Of a stretch of DNA of 64,000 nucleotides, positions 1 through 17,378 are shown piece after piece. Origin of the DNA: Balamuthia mandrillaris (Eukaryota); assembly GCA_031835245.2 (NCBI GenBank), contig JAVKOQ020000031.1, forward strand, positions 1-64,000, written 5' to 3'. The notes beneath the pieces are model-generated. The model worked only from the letters and a program-made list of their open reading frames with translations. It was not told the DNA's origin and made no database searches. A program made the position numbers and the translations under genes. The stretch's first letter is position 1. Each line of letters opens with the position of its first letter.

Positions 1-1517
1 CTCGTCTTTCCTCCTCCTGTTCCTCCTCGAGGCCTGCGAAGACTGGCTACTTTACAAAGTTTGACTTGCTTTGCGTTGCAGGCCAACACCCAGTGATTGG
101 CTCCCGAGTGACGGGTAGGGAACCACTCTATGCAGCTCACCTTCTTGGCGAGCTCAGGAGGAAGACCGGCTCCTCCTCCCTCCCCATCGCTGACGCCCTT
201 CACAGGAAGAAAAGCCTTATGAGAGCAAAACTTGTGGTAGGAGCTGCCTTTGGGAAGTATCCGCGACAGCGTCCAATCGACGTAGTTCCAAGCCAGTTCT
301 TGTTGTTGTTTCGCGTTGAAGGTGGACGTTCGGTTGGGTGACGCACGTACCGTGTTGTGGTTTGTATTGAGGTTGTTGAGGTTGTTCGGAACAGAGGAGG
401 GACGCACAGTTGCAGCTACGTTTGCGGCCCATGGCCGTTTTGTCGGTACACCCGAGGCAGAGGAAGAATTAGAAGGAGCAGCAGTGGGTGGTTTGTTGGG
501 AGAGATGCTGCTGTTATTGTTTTGATCGAACATGTTGATCCTTCCAAGCAAACTACTGCTGGCAGGTGCCGCAGAAGGAGATAGTGACGAAGGTGAGGGG
601 GACGATGCAGAGCTGTGAAAGCGGGAGTTTGCAACTGAAGAAGCAGTTGCAGAACGAATGGCTCCAGGTTGAGAATTATTGCTCACGTTCACTGCCCCCC
701 CTCTTCCTGTTCCAGCACTCGCTCCTGTTGTTGCTCGTCGTGCAGGTGGATTGGTCACCACTTTCACGGGGGCTACCTTCTTCTTCTCTCTTGCCGCCAA
801 GTTCTGTTTGTAGATGTAGATATTGCCGTTGGTGTCGCCGAGGGCCAAGAACTCGCCGCTGCGATTGAACTGCATGGTGGAGATACTGCCCTCCTCCTCG
901 TCAGTGGGCTCGCTGTTCTTAAAGCCCGCTCCGCCCGTCTTTTGCCATTCGGTCATCGGGTTCTTGAAGGCTTTCCTCCAGTCCACGCGCGGTTTCTTTG
1001 TTTTGTTGCCCTTTTTATCTTTGTCGTGGTGATGGTGGCGATGACCAGTGTCTCCTTCTTCATTGGTTTTTGTTGATTTGATGGAAGAAGAGGAGCTTAA
1101 GGCTTGTTGTTTTTCTTCGTCAGCCGCTCTATTGATCCTTTCTATTTCTTCAATCTTGTCAGCCATGGCTAGCCGATACTTTTCGTAGGTAAGAGGCAAG
1201 TAGTGCTTGACCAAAGGTTCCCAAATGCTGTCCGCAACGGCGAGAGAGTAGAACCGTTTGCACGTGAGAGAAACATTTTTAAGGTCTCTGGGGCTGAGGT
1301 AGCTGAATATTTCTTTTTTGATCTCTCGAGGCAACTTTGTGAGCTTGAAGGAAGAGGAAGAGGAAGAAGAGGACGAAGAGGAACTTGAGCTTCTGGTACT
1401 TTTGGAGCGTCTTCCTTTACTCGGAGTTAATTTGTCTTTCTTGCGAGAGGAGGAGCTTCTCCTCAAAGCCTTTCTTTCATCCGCCGCTGCTTTGCTCATT
1501 GCTTCGTTGTCGCTCAT
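1..1517 (-). CDS. F-box protein with PP2A B55-like WD40 region (3' end runs off the window)
   Basis: Manual minus-strand translation from the ATG at 1517 is open to position 1 (absent from the ORF track because there is no stop in the window). It reads MSDNEAMSK...FKLTKLPREIKKEIFSYLSPRDLKNVSLTCKRFYSLAVADSIWEPL (F-box), then EEEGSISTMQFNRSGEFLALGDTNGNIYIYKQ and KKVSCIEWFPTRHSGANHWVLACNAKQVKLCKV. These resemble B55 [26 protein letters not shown] and EKINKIRWLPQ..AQFLLSTNDKTIKLWKI. Confidence 0.8.
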   Translation of the reverse strand, partial: MSDNEAMSKAAADERKALRRSSSSRKKDKLTPSKGRRSKSTRSSSSSSSSSSSSSSFKLTKLPREIKKEIFSYLSPRDLKNVSLTCKRFYSLAVADSIWEPLVKHYLPLTYEKYRLAMADKIEEIERINRAADEEKQQALSSSSSIKSTKTNEEGDTGHRHHHHDKDKKGNKTKKPRVDWRKAFKNPMTEWQKTGGAGFKNSEPTDEEEGSISTMQFNRSGEFLALGDTNGNIYIYKQNLAAREKKKVAPVKVVTNPPARRATTGASAGTGRGGAVNVSNNSQPGAIRSATASSVANSRFHSSASSPSPSSLSPSAAPASSSLLGRINMFDQNNNSSISPNKPPTAAPSNSSSASGVPTKRPWAANVAATVRPSSVPNNLNNLNTNHNTVRASPNRTSTFNAKQQQELAWNYVDWTLSRILPKGSSYHKFCSHKAFLPVKGVSDGEGGGAGLPPELAKKVSCIEWFPTRHSGANHWVLACNAKQVKLCKVASLRRPRGGTGGGKT

Positions 1518-1795
1518 TTTTGTTTTCCTTCGTGCTGGTTTGTTTGGTTTTCCCTTTGCGCTTCTTTGTTGCTCTTCGTTTTTTCGGAGTGTGACTTGTT
1601 ATTTTAGCGCAGTTGAATGGAAAGCCGTGGGCCAGATTGTAGCCTTATTTTGGTATAGTCCGGAGTTGCACCCCGCAATCAACGATTGGTTTACGGAGTT
1701 TCTTTTCTGTTGCAACCCCTCGTGCAATTTCCAGCCATCTCCTCTCCTCTCTCTTCTCTTCTCGCAATGTCCATCTCGCTTCTCTCGATGAGATA

Positions 1796-1865
1796 AGAAC
1801 AGAAGAAGCAGAAGCAGAAGAAGAAGCAGAAGAAGAAGAAGAAGAAGAAGAAGAAGAAGAAGAAG

Positions 1866-1897
<32 letters not shown>

Positions 1898-1940
1898 GAA
1901 GAAGAAGAAGAAGAAGAAGAAGAACAAGAACAAGAAGAAG
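1796..1940. repeat. Compound (GAA)n/(CAA)n microsatellite
   Basis: Directly visible trinucleotide runs between the biotin ligase stop and the F-box gene start. Confidence 0.95.
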
Positions 1941-1945
1941 GCGTA

Positions 1946-3100
1946 TCAAAGAGCATTATGTTGCTGCGGTTGTGTGGGCCTAACGCTAACTTCCTCCGCG
2001 TAAAGCTCCTTCTCCTCCCCGCTCTCCACAATCCGAACTCTCAAACTGCCTGTCTCCGTAAAACCTAACGCTACTGCCTCCACCCTCAACGGATCCTCTT
2101 TCCCTTTCGGCATCACCAGTACTGTATTGCCGCAAAGCATATCGTGCCGTTGATACTCCTCGATGATTTGAGGTAAAGACAGGGACATCAGCCGCTCCAT
2201 GTGGTTGCAATAGCGAGCCAGGAAGACTTCTCTCTGGACGTTCCGACCAAGGACGTCACGCAGGCTAGTGGCGGTGGTTTGTAGCTCTTTGTCTTCTACC
2301 TCCGCAAGAGAGGAGATGCGTTGGTTCACGTTGACGCCCACGCCGACGGCTGCCCAGGTATCTTTGCCTTGGATGCTGGTGTCCACCAGGATTCCACAGA
2401 GCTTCTTGCCGTTTATCCACACGTCGTTCGGCCACTTGATCTTTGCTTGTATATCTGAGAAGAAAGCATCAAGGAGAATGAAGAGAAGAACGAAAAGCAA
2501 AAAAGAGGCATTACAAGCATAGGAAGAACACGCACAAACATGAAAGAAACAAAGTTAAAAACTGTGTAAAACTTCCAACAACAAAGAGATCATGATGGAA
2601 ACCTTTGTCTTCATCGAGGCAAGCAAGCACTACAGCGATGGCGGTGGCAAAGTTGACCTTGAACAGCCCTGCAAAGTCGTCGAGGTGCAAGATGAGAGTG
2701 GAGGCCAGGTTTTCTCCATGCCCGCTGGCCCACGCTCTGCCCCTCCGTCCTCGTCCTTTGGTTTGTGCCTCTGCCAATATCAACGTTCCACTTTGTCCTC
2801 CTATTGGTGTGAGAAGAGAGTGAGCGACGGATTGAGATTAAAGCAAGGCGTGGAAAAGTGAACTTCACCGTTCATCATCTCCTGTTGCGCGAGGTCCATG
2901 GTGCTCTCTGTCTCTTGCAGGTAGATCAAGCAGCGACCGATGGACGTCGTGGCTAAGCTCTCCTCAAACAGTTTTGCATCGAATTCTTGTTTGTTACATC
3001 TGATCAGCTCAAAAAAAAAAAGACAAGGCTTTCGGAACAGAGCGTACGCACCTGCTGCTGCTTGTGCCTCTGTTGTCGAGGCACCACCCCTTTTCATCAT
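1946..3100 (-). CDS. Biotin--protein ligase (BirA/holocarboxylase synthetase family), multi-exon
   Basis: Exon translations show YLQETESTMDLA, ILAEAQTKGRGRRGRAW, IKWPNDVWINGKKLCGIL, VGVGVNVN and ATSL, with a C-terminal SH3-like ALGFTETGSLRV. Confidence 0.93.
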
Positions 3101-3451
3101 TCCGTCTCGTCCTCCTCCTCGTTCCTCTTCCTCTGCTTCGGTTGCTACGTTTCTGCTACTTTGTTTTACTGCTCTCCTGTCTATCTCCCCTTCCGTCCGC
3201 TGCGTCTCCTCTCCTCTCTCCTCTCCTGGCACCTCCCCGCCTTGCCCCTGCCGCAAGAGCCTGCGGCAGCTGCCCCCCGAGTTCCGCTGGGGGAGGCCTC
3301 CCCACAGCAAGGAAAGGCCTCTCTGCGTGGCTCGCCTGTGGTTTAGCACTGCAAACGCTCTCACCTTCATTCCTTTTTTTCTCTTCTTTTTGTTTTTTGC
3401 CCTTTCCTATCCAATGCAAAGAAGAAGAAAGCAACAAGAAGAAAGCAAGAG

Positions 3452-3530
3452 GAACAAGAAGAAGAAAAAGAAGAAGAAGAAGAAGAAGAAGAAGAAGAAG
3501 AAGAAGAAGAACAAGAAGAACGAAGAAGAA
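3452..3530. repeat. (GAA)n microsatellite
   Basis: Directly visible, intergenic. Confidence 0.9.
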
Positions 3531-3703
3531 GCTCACTTTGCTTTTGTAAACAAAAATAACTTCAAAAAATAAAATAAAAACGTTACTCTCATTGTCTAAA
3601 CTTTTACACTTGCTTCTTCCTTGTTCTTCTCTTTCTCTCCTTTCCTGCCTTTTAAACTTTCCTCCACTAAAAACAATAAAACAATAAAACAAACAAACAA
3701 AAC

Positions 3704-8092
<4,389 letters not shown>

Positions 8093-9653
8093 GATGGAAG
8101 TGTAACTAGTGAGCGAGTTGCTTCGTTTCGAGGAAAGAGAGGAAAAGAGGACACGTGTCGTCTCTTCGAGCCGGGGCTGGGCTGCACAAACCTTTCTATT
8201 GATTTACTTTTTGCGAGGAGAGAGGAGATCAGTTTGTTTGTTTGTTGGTTACCCCAACTATTTTTTTTTTTTTGTATTCACAAAAGATGAAACAACTGAC
8301 AAGAAGAGAGAGCAGCAAGAAAAAAAAATGTGTACCACAAATCAACAGCTTGCAGATAGGATTGGATTATTATTATTTTTTTTTTTTTTTGATGGATGAT
8401 GATGAACGCCCAAAAAAGCAGGGAACAAATTAAAAACACAAGGAGAGAGGGAGAGGGAGGAAAAAAAAAAAGAGAACAAGGTTTGGAATTCCTGCCAAAC
8501 TTCGTTGCTTCGACCTGCAAGTTTGCTCCTCTCCTCTTCTCTCTTTTTTTTCTTTTCTCCCGTTTTTCCTTCTTCTTTTTTTATTATTTATTTTTATTAT
8601 TTTTTTAACTCCTCAATTAAAACTGGTAATAAAAGTAAAAGAAAGATAGAGAGGAAAAGAAAAATAAAAGCACGGAAGCATTAACAACAAAACAAGAGGA
8701 GAAAACAACACAAATGGCCGGCCGGCTGGCTGGAAGGAAGAAGAACTGCCCGCAGCGGCGCACGCCCGAAAAGCAACCACAACAACATTGGCGGCCGCCA
8801 ATTTGTTTAATGGCCTAAACAAGACAGTGCCCGCTTGAAGTTCGAACCCCATCGGAAGGGCGTGAACAACAGGAAGCATAGGAGGACAGGCATTGCACCA
8901 TCGAGGAGGAGGAGGAGGAGGAGAAGGCGGAGAACGCTTGCCAGCAATCAACTGTAGATTGGAATGGAACAGAACTTCCCCCAAAGAAAGAGAGAGAGAG
9001 AGAGAGCATCAACAGAGCATGCCGAACCGTTCGTTTCTCACCCGATAAACATCAACGAACGAAAAAAACACAAAAAGCAATCGGCGAAAACATGCTAAAA
9101 GCATTACAGCGATCCTCGTGGGGAAATAAAAGAACGCAAATAGGGTAATGATCTTGATCCATTAAAGATGTATGATATTCCATTGGATGTTTGAAAAATG
9201 TACGATCCTAAACCAGATCCATGATGCATAAGGTAATTATGGTGATAGATCATGTGTTTTTTGAAAAACTATTGGTTGATCCAGATTTAAGGTAAGGAGC
9301 GCCGAACGCTCCTTTGATTTTTCTGATGGCAAACAAAAAAAATAATCAAAAAAATAATCAAAAAAATAAACAATAAAAAAAAGACAAACAATAAAAAAAA
9401 AGATAACGAAAGTGTTCCTTGTCCCTTGAACAAATAACAAGAAAGGATAAGAGAAAGACCTTCCCCAACGGAGTTGCCTTTTCGACAAATCAACCGTTGC
9501 GTTACGCCCCTTTCTTTTGTCGGCATTACACATCTTTCTTTTATTGGTATCTCCTTTTTCTTTTCTTTTTTTTTTCACACGCAACAAATGAACTCATCAC
9601 TTTTTTTTAAAAAAAAAAAGAGAAGAAAAAAATAAACTGGGCTTAAAAGAAAG

Positions 9654-11363
9654 ATGGAATCAGAACTTCTTCAAACGCCGTCACTGCTGCTCCGCGGCGG
9701 AGAGGACACCGATTCCGGCAGCGGACAGGCCAGCTGCATTGACACTGGTGACACGACGTGGGTCATGGTGTGCACGGTTTTGGTGTTGGGCATGATGCCC
9801 GCTCTCGCATTCTTTGAGGCCGGGCTGCTGCGAGCCAAAAACACGCTCTCCATCATCACTCAAGTACAGTTTTTTGTTCTTTCTCACTGCTCTTCTCCTT
9901 CTTCGTTTCTTTCTTTTTTTCTATCTTCGTCTTCTGTCTCTTTTTTCTTCTCCCCTCTTTTCGCCCCTTACATTCACGTGTTTCCGTTCTCCACTGTATT
10001 CACTCTTCTCGCGTCTCTCTTCACTTTTCTCTTCTCACTTCCCACTTCTCTATCTTTTCTCTTCTCTGTCTCTCGTTCTCTCTTTTCTCTGTCCTCTTTT
10101 CTCTTCTCTCGGTTTCCTCACCATTTTTTTTTCTGGTTCTTTCTTTGCTGTTCTAGATCTTCGTCGGTATTGCATTGATGGCCGTTTTGTGGCATCTTAT
10201 AGGCTTCACGCTTGTCTTTGGGCCTGACTATGGAGGAATGATAGGAGGACCGCGTTATGCCGCTTTTCGAGATCTGGAAAACAATTGTTTGGAGCATGCG
10301 CCCAACATCCCCGGCCTCAGCTTTGCTCTCTTTCAGATGATGTTTGCTGCAATATCTCCGTTGTTGATGACTGGCGCTTTTGCAGAGAGGATAAAGTTTA
10401 AGGTCTTCATCGCGTTGATTGTTTGGTGGGAGGTCCTTGTTTACTATCCACTTGCCCATTGGTACATTCTCTCTTGCTCTCTTGCTCTCTTCTCCTCTCT
10501 GACCATGCTTTTGTTCACAAAATAAGGATATGGGGAGGCGGATGGTTGGCGGATCGTCACGTTATGGATTTTGCCGGAGGCATTGTGATTCACGTATCTT
10601 CTGGCGTATCTTCTTTAGTCATGGCTATCGGTACTCTCTCTGTCGCGCTTGCACGCTCACACACTCTTCTCTTAACATCCCTCCTACGTTTGTTCGTTTG
10701 CTGCAACACAATAGTATTAGGAAAGCGACAAGGTTTTGAGAAGTATCATGGAGAATATCCTCCGTCCAACATGTACGTTGCTCTTGTCGTTTAAACGTTT
10801 CTCTTATTTATTTAACAAAAAAACCACAAATAAAGTCCATTGGCGTCAGTCGGTGCTGCTCTTTTGTGGATGGGGTGGTATGGCTTCAACGCAGGAAGCG
10901 CCCTTACCGCCGGAGCCATTGCTTCCAGAGCAGTCGGAACCACCACCGTTGCTTCCTGCACCTCTCTTCTCACATGGGTGTTGCTCAATCTCTTTCATGC
11001 GCGAAGCTTCAACACTATTGGTATGCGCTGTCTCCTTCCTTTTCCTTTGAAATAACTTGTTTTTAACTTGATTTGAATGTGGTTATAGCTGTATTGAATG
11101 GAGCAATAGCGGGTTTAGCAGGAATAACACCAGCATCAGGCTATATACGCACATCGTGGGCATCACTAATTGGAGTTGTGCTGGGGCTCTCCTCCTTCTA
11201 TTCCATCAAGCTCTTCAAGGGAGTGCTCAAGATAGACGATGCTCTGGATGTGAGTTCCGTCCATGGAGTGACCGGTCTTATAGGATCCCTCTCCATTGGC
11301 ATCTTTGCAGAGTCCTCCCTAAACACACGTGGTTATAACGGTTGGATTCATGGCAATCCTGTA

Positions 11364-11397
<34 letters not shown>

Positions 11398-11422
11398 CGC
11401 TCTGTTTTCTACTCTTCTCTTA

Positions 11423-11460
<38 letters not shown>

Positions 11461-11710
11461 GAGCCAAATGTACATTCAACTGCTGGGAGTGGTAGTGGCG
11501 TTGGCATGGGCAGCGTTCTGGACGTTCATCTTTGTGTTGTTGGCTCGGTGGGCATTTGGCTCCCTAACGCCGCGCCTCGAGGAGGAGAGACAGGGACTGG
11601 ACGCTCTGGAGCATGGTCACGATCCAGCCTATCACAATCTGCATCGCCATAATATTGCTGTGGAAGATGAGTTCTTGAACAGCGAAGAAGAAAAGACTCT
11701 CATTCAGTAA
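9654..11710 (+). CDS. amt: Ammonium transporter (Amt/MEP family), multi-exon
   Basis: DTGDTTWVMVCTVLVLGMMPALAFFEAGL, FQMMFAAISP, GAFAER, DFAGGIVIH, LLWMGWYGFNAGS, NGAIAGLAGITP, DDALDVSSVHG. Confidence 0.96.
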
Positions 11711-11784
11711 ACTTTAAAAAACTTGTATTCAACGAACGAAAAGAATTGAACGAAGAAAGAAAAACAAAAAATAAGTTAAATGGT

Positions 11785-14700
11785 TTAGGAAGAAGTTTCG
11801 CCCTCCGCTTCTCGGACGATATGCAGAAACACATCCTCCAACGATGTTTGGTTGATACCCCAATCCGTTATTCCTTTTATTTGTTAAAGTTAGGGGTGTG
11901 AAGAAGAAACAACACAAGAGCGGAAGAGAAGAACGTGGAAAGAAGGAAGACAAAAGGTTACCTGCTTCAGCTTTTCGTGCTTCGATAGCATCAAAGACTT
12001 GATGGATGACAAGGTCCTTCTTGGGGATCTGGTAGGTACTCGTTCCAGCAAAGGTCTCGAGGAGAGTGGCCGTTGGTAAGAGCTCTTCGATGAAATCGCT
12101 CACTCGCTGCTGACAGTCCAACTCGTAGTTCAGCTTCAGGGTGTAGCCCTGACCGTACCTTACTTTCAGTTCTTGTTGTGGTCCTACGCATCGTAACCTT
12201 TTTGTTGGTTTCAGAAAAGAAAGGAGAACCTGTGTGAGCGAGAAGCAGAGAAGGGAGAAAAGAACATAAAATTGTGGCCGTACATTCCGTTGGCCATGAT
12301 TCCAATCTTCGTGCACAAAACATCGGCTTCCTCCATACTATGTGTTGTCAAAATTATACAGCGTCCTTGCTGCATATAAAGAAAGGGTGAGTTCTTATAA
12401 AACCGATTTTAAAATCAAACGCGCAACAAACCTTAACGTGGTTCAAAACGTCCCAAAGTTGTCTTCTGCTTTCTGGATCCAAACCTCTGAGATAGGGGAG
12501 TTAATCAGAAAAAGAAAAAAAAAAAACAGAAACAGAAACAGAAACATAAAGAGAACAATAAAAAAGAGAAAAGCAAAGAAACAGTAGGAATGTACGTGGT
12601 GGGTTCATCTAAAAAGATGATGCGCGGATCGCCAACGATAGAAACAGCAACGCTCAACCGTCGTCTCATACCTCCGCTCAAGTTCTTTACCAAACGTTTC
12701 TTGAATGGCAACAAACCAACTTGATCCAAGGAGTTAGCAACGTGAGCATCTTCTTCTTTGCGGCCGATGCCTTTGAGACGGGCGTAAAAGAGGAGAGTTT
12801 CTTCACAGGTGAGATCCATCCAAAGCGTGTCAAATTGAGGGCACACTCCCATCACTCTGTGCGCGCTGTCTATGTCCGTTCTGTTTATTAAAAAAAAAAG
12901 GCATTGTTGCTGTGAGAAAGAAAGAAAAAGAACGAGAGAAGAGAAGAGGAGAGAAGGAAAAAACGAACGAGATATCAAAACCACCAACACGAGCGCTTCC
13001 GCTGGTTGGAGGGAAGAGGCCAGTAAGGATGCTGATGGTGGTGGTTTTGCCAGCTCCGTTGGGACCCAGCAATCCGAAACATTCACCCTGATCGATAGCA
13101 AACGTCACGTTACGCACTGCAACTTTCTTCGCTTTCCTTTTATTGTGAATACATGTGTAAGAAAACAGAAAATGAAGAACTGGAAGAGAAAAGCAAAAAA
13201 CCTGAAACCAGTCGAGTATTCTTTGTGCAAATCCACTATAATAACAGGGCTATCAGGCGAAATGGCTCCTGAATAAACTCGTTGTCTCTCATGTGCAACA
13301 TCATCTGGTTCAGCCAACTATGCCCAAAAAAAAAAAAAACATTAAAACATTATTAGAAAGAGAGCAAAGAGGAGAGGGAGAGAGGAGAGAGGAGAGGGAG
13401 AGTGAAAAGAGGGAGAGAACAAACATCTTCCAAATCGCCTTCATCGATCTTCACAGACTTCACAAGCATGGATACTTCTCCATCTTCTTTGTCGGTCAGG
13501 GTGAGAGTTCGAACGGTGCCTTCGGCATCATCGACAACTTCTTTGTTCCTGAGTTTGGCAAAGAGGCGAACAAAGTACCTGTAGACAGGCTGAAGGAAGA
13601 ACCATGGCTTCCTTGCTATACCAAATTCTTTCGGTAAAACATTGTCCAAATACCTTCAAAGAAAGAAAAGGATGTACAAAAGTTAGAAGAAGGAACAGAA
13701 GAAAAAATGGAAGAAGGCCAAACCAAGCAAGGAAAAAGAAGAAATTGCCAGTGATGACCATAAAGACCCAGAGGTGAGTGATTTCATTTCCCCAATCATA
13801 GTCTCCGGTTTGGGGGCATTCACCAAGTCCACAGTGAATACCTAAGATGTAGATGATACGATAGAAAGCAAATGGAGGCCACAAGTTCCAAATGAAAGGA
13901 GAGCCTTTGTCTTGCCACACTGTGCGAGAGAGACCAAGAAAATCGAGAAGAAAGAAAGTGGAGGTTCAGTTACTGAAGAATAACATAATAAGATACTGTT
14001 AAGAGATTGAGCTTACCAATGACGTTCACGATAAATGAAATGATTACTTGAAGAATAACAAGGAAGTAGGAGAAAACTGTATAGATTTTTTAACAAAGTT
14101 AGTTACAGGAAACACAACTTAAAAGTGTTTATGAAGAAAAGTACTCGTGGCCACTCTTGTCTTGTTGAAGATGGCGCTCATGGCAAAGCTGATGCCAATC
14201 AAGCAATGACCCCAAAGCAAGAAAGAGAACAACAAAGCAATAGGACTGCATGTTTAAAGTCTCGTCATGTTAGAAGGTGTACGCTCAATAGCAAAACAAA
14301 AAACAGAAAAAAAAGAGAGCAGAAAGCTGAGAAGAAGCAAAGAACGAAATACTTCACCTTCCTTGCGTGAAAACAGCAAAGCGGAAAGCATAGCTGACAA
14401 TGTAGGTGATGATAACGACCATGAGATAGAGGACGACATTGTAAAAGTAAGTTGTCCACCAATAGTTACTCATTTTCATTCCCATCTACACATAATCGTT
14501 AAAAAAGCAATGAGACAAAATAAAGAACAATGAAGAGAACGACGACGAAGAAGCAGAAGAAGAAGAAAAGTTACCATTTTCATCATTTCTCTGAGCTTCT
14601 CTTGCTTCTCCAAAACTATGTTGTAGATGAAGACAGGGAGAAGCCAAGACAAGACCAACGGATACATGAGAGCAGCAAGAAAGCTACCCAAGTCTACTTT

Positions 14701-14876
14701 GAGGGGGTCCTCTTTGTACGGAAACTCTTGTTGGTGAATGCTGACAATCACTTCTTGGGCGGTGGCAACTGCCTCCACAAATAGTTTCAGCATCAAGGCC
14801 AAACCTCCTGTGATGTATTCTGTTTTGCAATTATTTTGGTTATAATGGTTTTTGTAATTCAAACCGAGAAAGAGAG

Positions 14877-14912
<36 letters not shown>

Positions 14913-16385
14913 CAGAGAGCGGAATAAGAGGAGAGAAAGAACGAGATAAAGATAGAAAGCGAAGTACCGGAAGTGTCCATGTTATTGTAACTGATAAGGT
15001 AAGGGAATTGTGTCTCAGCCAATATCTCCATGTTGAACTGGGCTGGTTGCTCCGTAGCATTTCCATAGCTCAAGTTGTTGAAAGTAAATGCTGCAAACAA
15101 AGCATAAAAATAGGAATAAGAATAAGCAAGAAGACGAATAAGAATAAGTTTTCGAACAAGTACAAAACGTTAAGAATAAGGAAGAAGCAGAAAAAAAAGA
15201 AAGAAGAAAAGTACCAAGAGCAGGAAAAGGGATAACTTTTTTGGCTTTTCCGGAAGTAACGGCAGAGTACCATTCGTCCTTCACGTACACCAACATAGAC
15301 ATCAACTTGGCACGTGTTGGATAGGTTTGCATAATCGGTAAATATAGCGTGTCGTTAACCTTCTTTTGGGCTATTCCTCCCAAAAAGCCTATCGATAGAC
15401 CTCTAGTGTTAGGAGCAAAAAAGCGAACAGAGGAGAGGAGAGAGAAGAGCATAAAGCAGAGAGAATTGAGATAGCAGAGAGCGAGAGAAAAGGAGAGCAG
15501 AGAGAAGAGATAGTCCTAACCTGCTTTGGACCCATCAGGACGGAGGTAACCCAAGCTTGTGAGATTGTTGGGATCAGCCCCAAAGAAGAACGGGTATTCC
15601 ACCCCCGAGGTGAAGTTGAGAGGACGAACGGGGTCCTCATAAACCCAGCCCCGGTCCTCGTTCTTGGAGAGGACGTTGAACAGGATTTGCATGCTTCCCA
15701 CGAACAGAAGGAGGATCAATGGAACCAGTATCTGGCAAGCCATGGTGCAGCGTTGACGAATCTGGTTGTTTTGGTTCGCGGTGAGAAGGATAGAAGGGAA
15801 ACGAGAAGAGAGGAGAGATGAGAAGAGAAGCAGAGAAGAACGGAGAACAAGAAAGCAGCAAAGAAACAGGGCAGAGCAGAAAACGAGAGCAGAGAGAGAA
15901 CGACGAAGTGAAGTGAACAAAGAAGAAGAAGAAGAAGAAGAAGAAGAAGAAGAAGAAGAAGAAGAAGAACAAGAACAAGAAGAACAAGAAGAACAAGAAC
16001 AAGAAGAAGAAGAAGAAGAACAAGAAGAACAAGAAGAAGAAGAACAAGAGAAGAGCGCGAAGAGAAGAGCGCAGCCAAGGCATACCTGAAGCTTCAAATT
16101 TTTGCGCATCAAAGCCTTAAACTGGTAGGACTTGGGCGCCACAGCGGCGGTGGTCCCTGCCGGCAGCGAGTACTTTGGGTAGCGGCCGTTGTGGTTGTGG
16201 TCCCCATTGGGCGACGAAGATGACGAAGAAGAAGCGGCTGAGGTCGTGGAGGCGTAGAAAGAGTGAGGGGCAGCAAAGGCGGACGCCTCGCCCTCCGACG
16301 AGGAGGAGGAGCCCTGGTGGTGGTGGCTGAGAAGCAGAGGCCTCTGCTCGTCCTCCTTCTCCGACGATGAGGACGCGCGCAACAT
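11785..16385 (-). CDS. ABC transporter subfamily A, half-size (TMD-NBD), multi-exon
   Basis: N-terminal [28 protein letters not shown], Walker [20 protein letters not shown], signature [12 protein letters not shown], Walker [20 protein letters not shown]-terminal QTSLEDVFL. Confidence 0.93.
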
Positions 16386-16827
16386 CCTCTCTCTCTTCTT
16401 TTTTTTCAACAGAGGAAGATTAGATCTCTATAACGAAAAATAAAACGGAAGATGAAGATGAAGCGAAGAAAGCGATGAAGAAAAGAAAAGAGGAGAGGAA
16501 GTGTAAACAAACAGAAAGAAAAAAAGTTCCGCGGGACGAATAGAAAAGAGAGCGAGGAGAGATTGGATGAGGAGAAACCTGTTTGTTTTTCAAATTTGCG
16601 CGGAGCGAAGAAAAGAAAGAGAGAGAAAAGTTTTTTCTGGCTTCCAACTTTTCTTCTTCGTGGTGGTCCGGGTGGTGGTGGTGGTGGTCGGTCGGTCGGT
16701 CGGTCGGTGGTCGGAACTTTCTTCTTTCTTTTCTTCTCCTCCTCCTCTTTCCTAATAATTTTTTTTTTCTATAAGAAAGAAAGAAGAGCACCTCATCACC
16801 TCCTCGCGGCCACAAAAAAAAAGAAGG

Positions 16828-17122
16828 ATGGTACTGCTGCGGTTGCTTTGGGGGTACCTCTCCCAGCTGAAAGTCTTGTTGATCAAAAACTGGAAGCTTT
16901 CGGTACGCTTTGTTTTGTTTTTTTTTTTTTTTTTCGTTATCGTTTTCGTTTTCATCGGATAAATAAAAACTTTGTTGAATCAATGCCTTTGAAAAAAAAA
17001 AAACAACAACAACAGTATCGCAACTGGAAGACGACAGCGGCGCAGTTGCTCGCTCCGGTGGTGTTCCTGTTGTTGCTGCTGGTCATCCAGCATGTCCCTG
17101 CTGCCAACAAAGAAGGTCCGTC

Positions 17123-17160
<38 letters not shown>

Positions 17161-17339
17161 CTTCAAGCGCGCGCTTTCTCTCTTCAACTCTTCTCTTCAT
17201 CGTTCTCTTCTCTCTATGTAGTTGTCGCGTTCTCATCAAACTCTCTCGCTCAGACAAGGCACCGAAGCCGCAAAACGTTCAACATATTCCGCTTTGCCAG
17301 GTTTCTTTCACTCTTCTTTCTTCTTTCTTCTTTCTTCTC

Positions 17340-17378
<39 letters not shown>

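Noticed and set aside
1599..2031. ORFs with poly-Leu/Val/Cys/Phe or poly-Lys/Glu runs (also 2940-3692, 3770-4453, 15637-16089, 48409-48732)
   Set aside because: These are translations of microsatellites in introns or spacers, not real proteins.
8613..9012. Short minus-strand ORFs upstream of the RhoGEF gene
   Set aside because: No recognisable domain and no convincing splice link; may be a 5' UTR exon or promoter.
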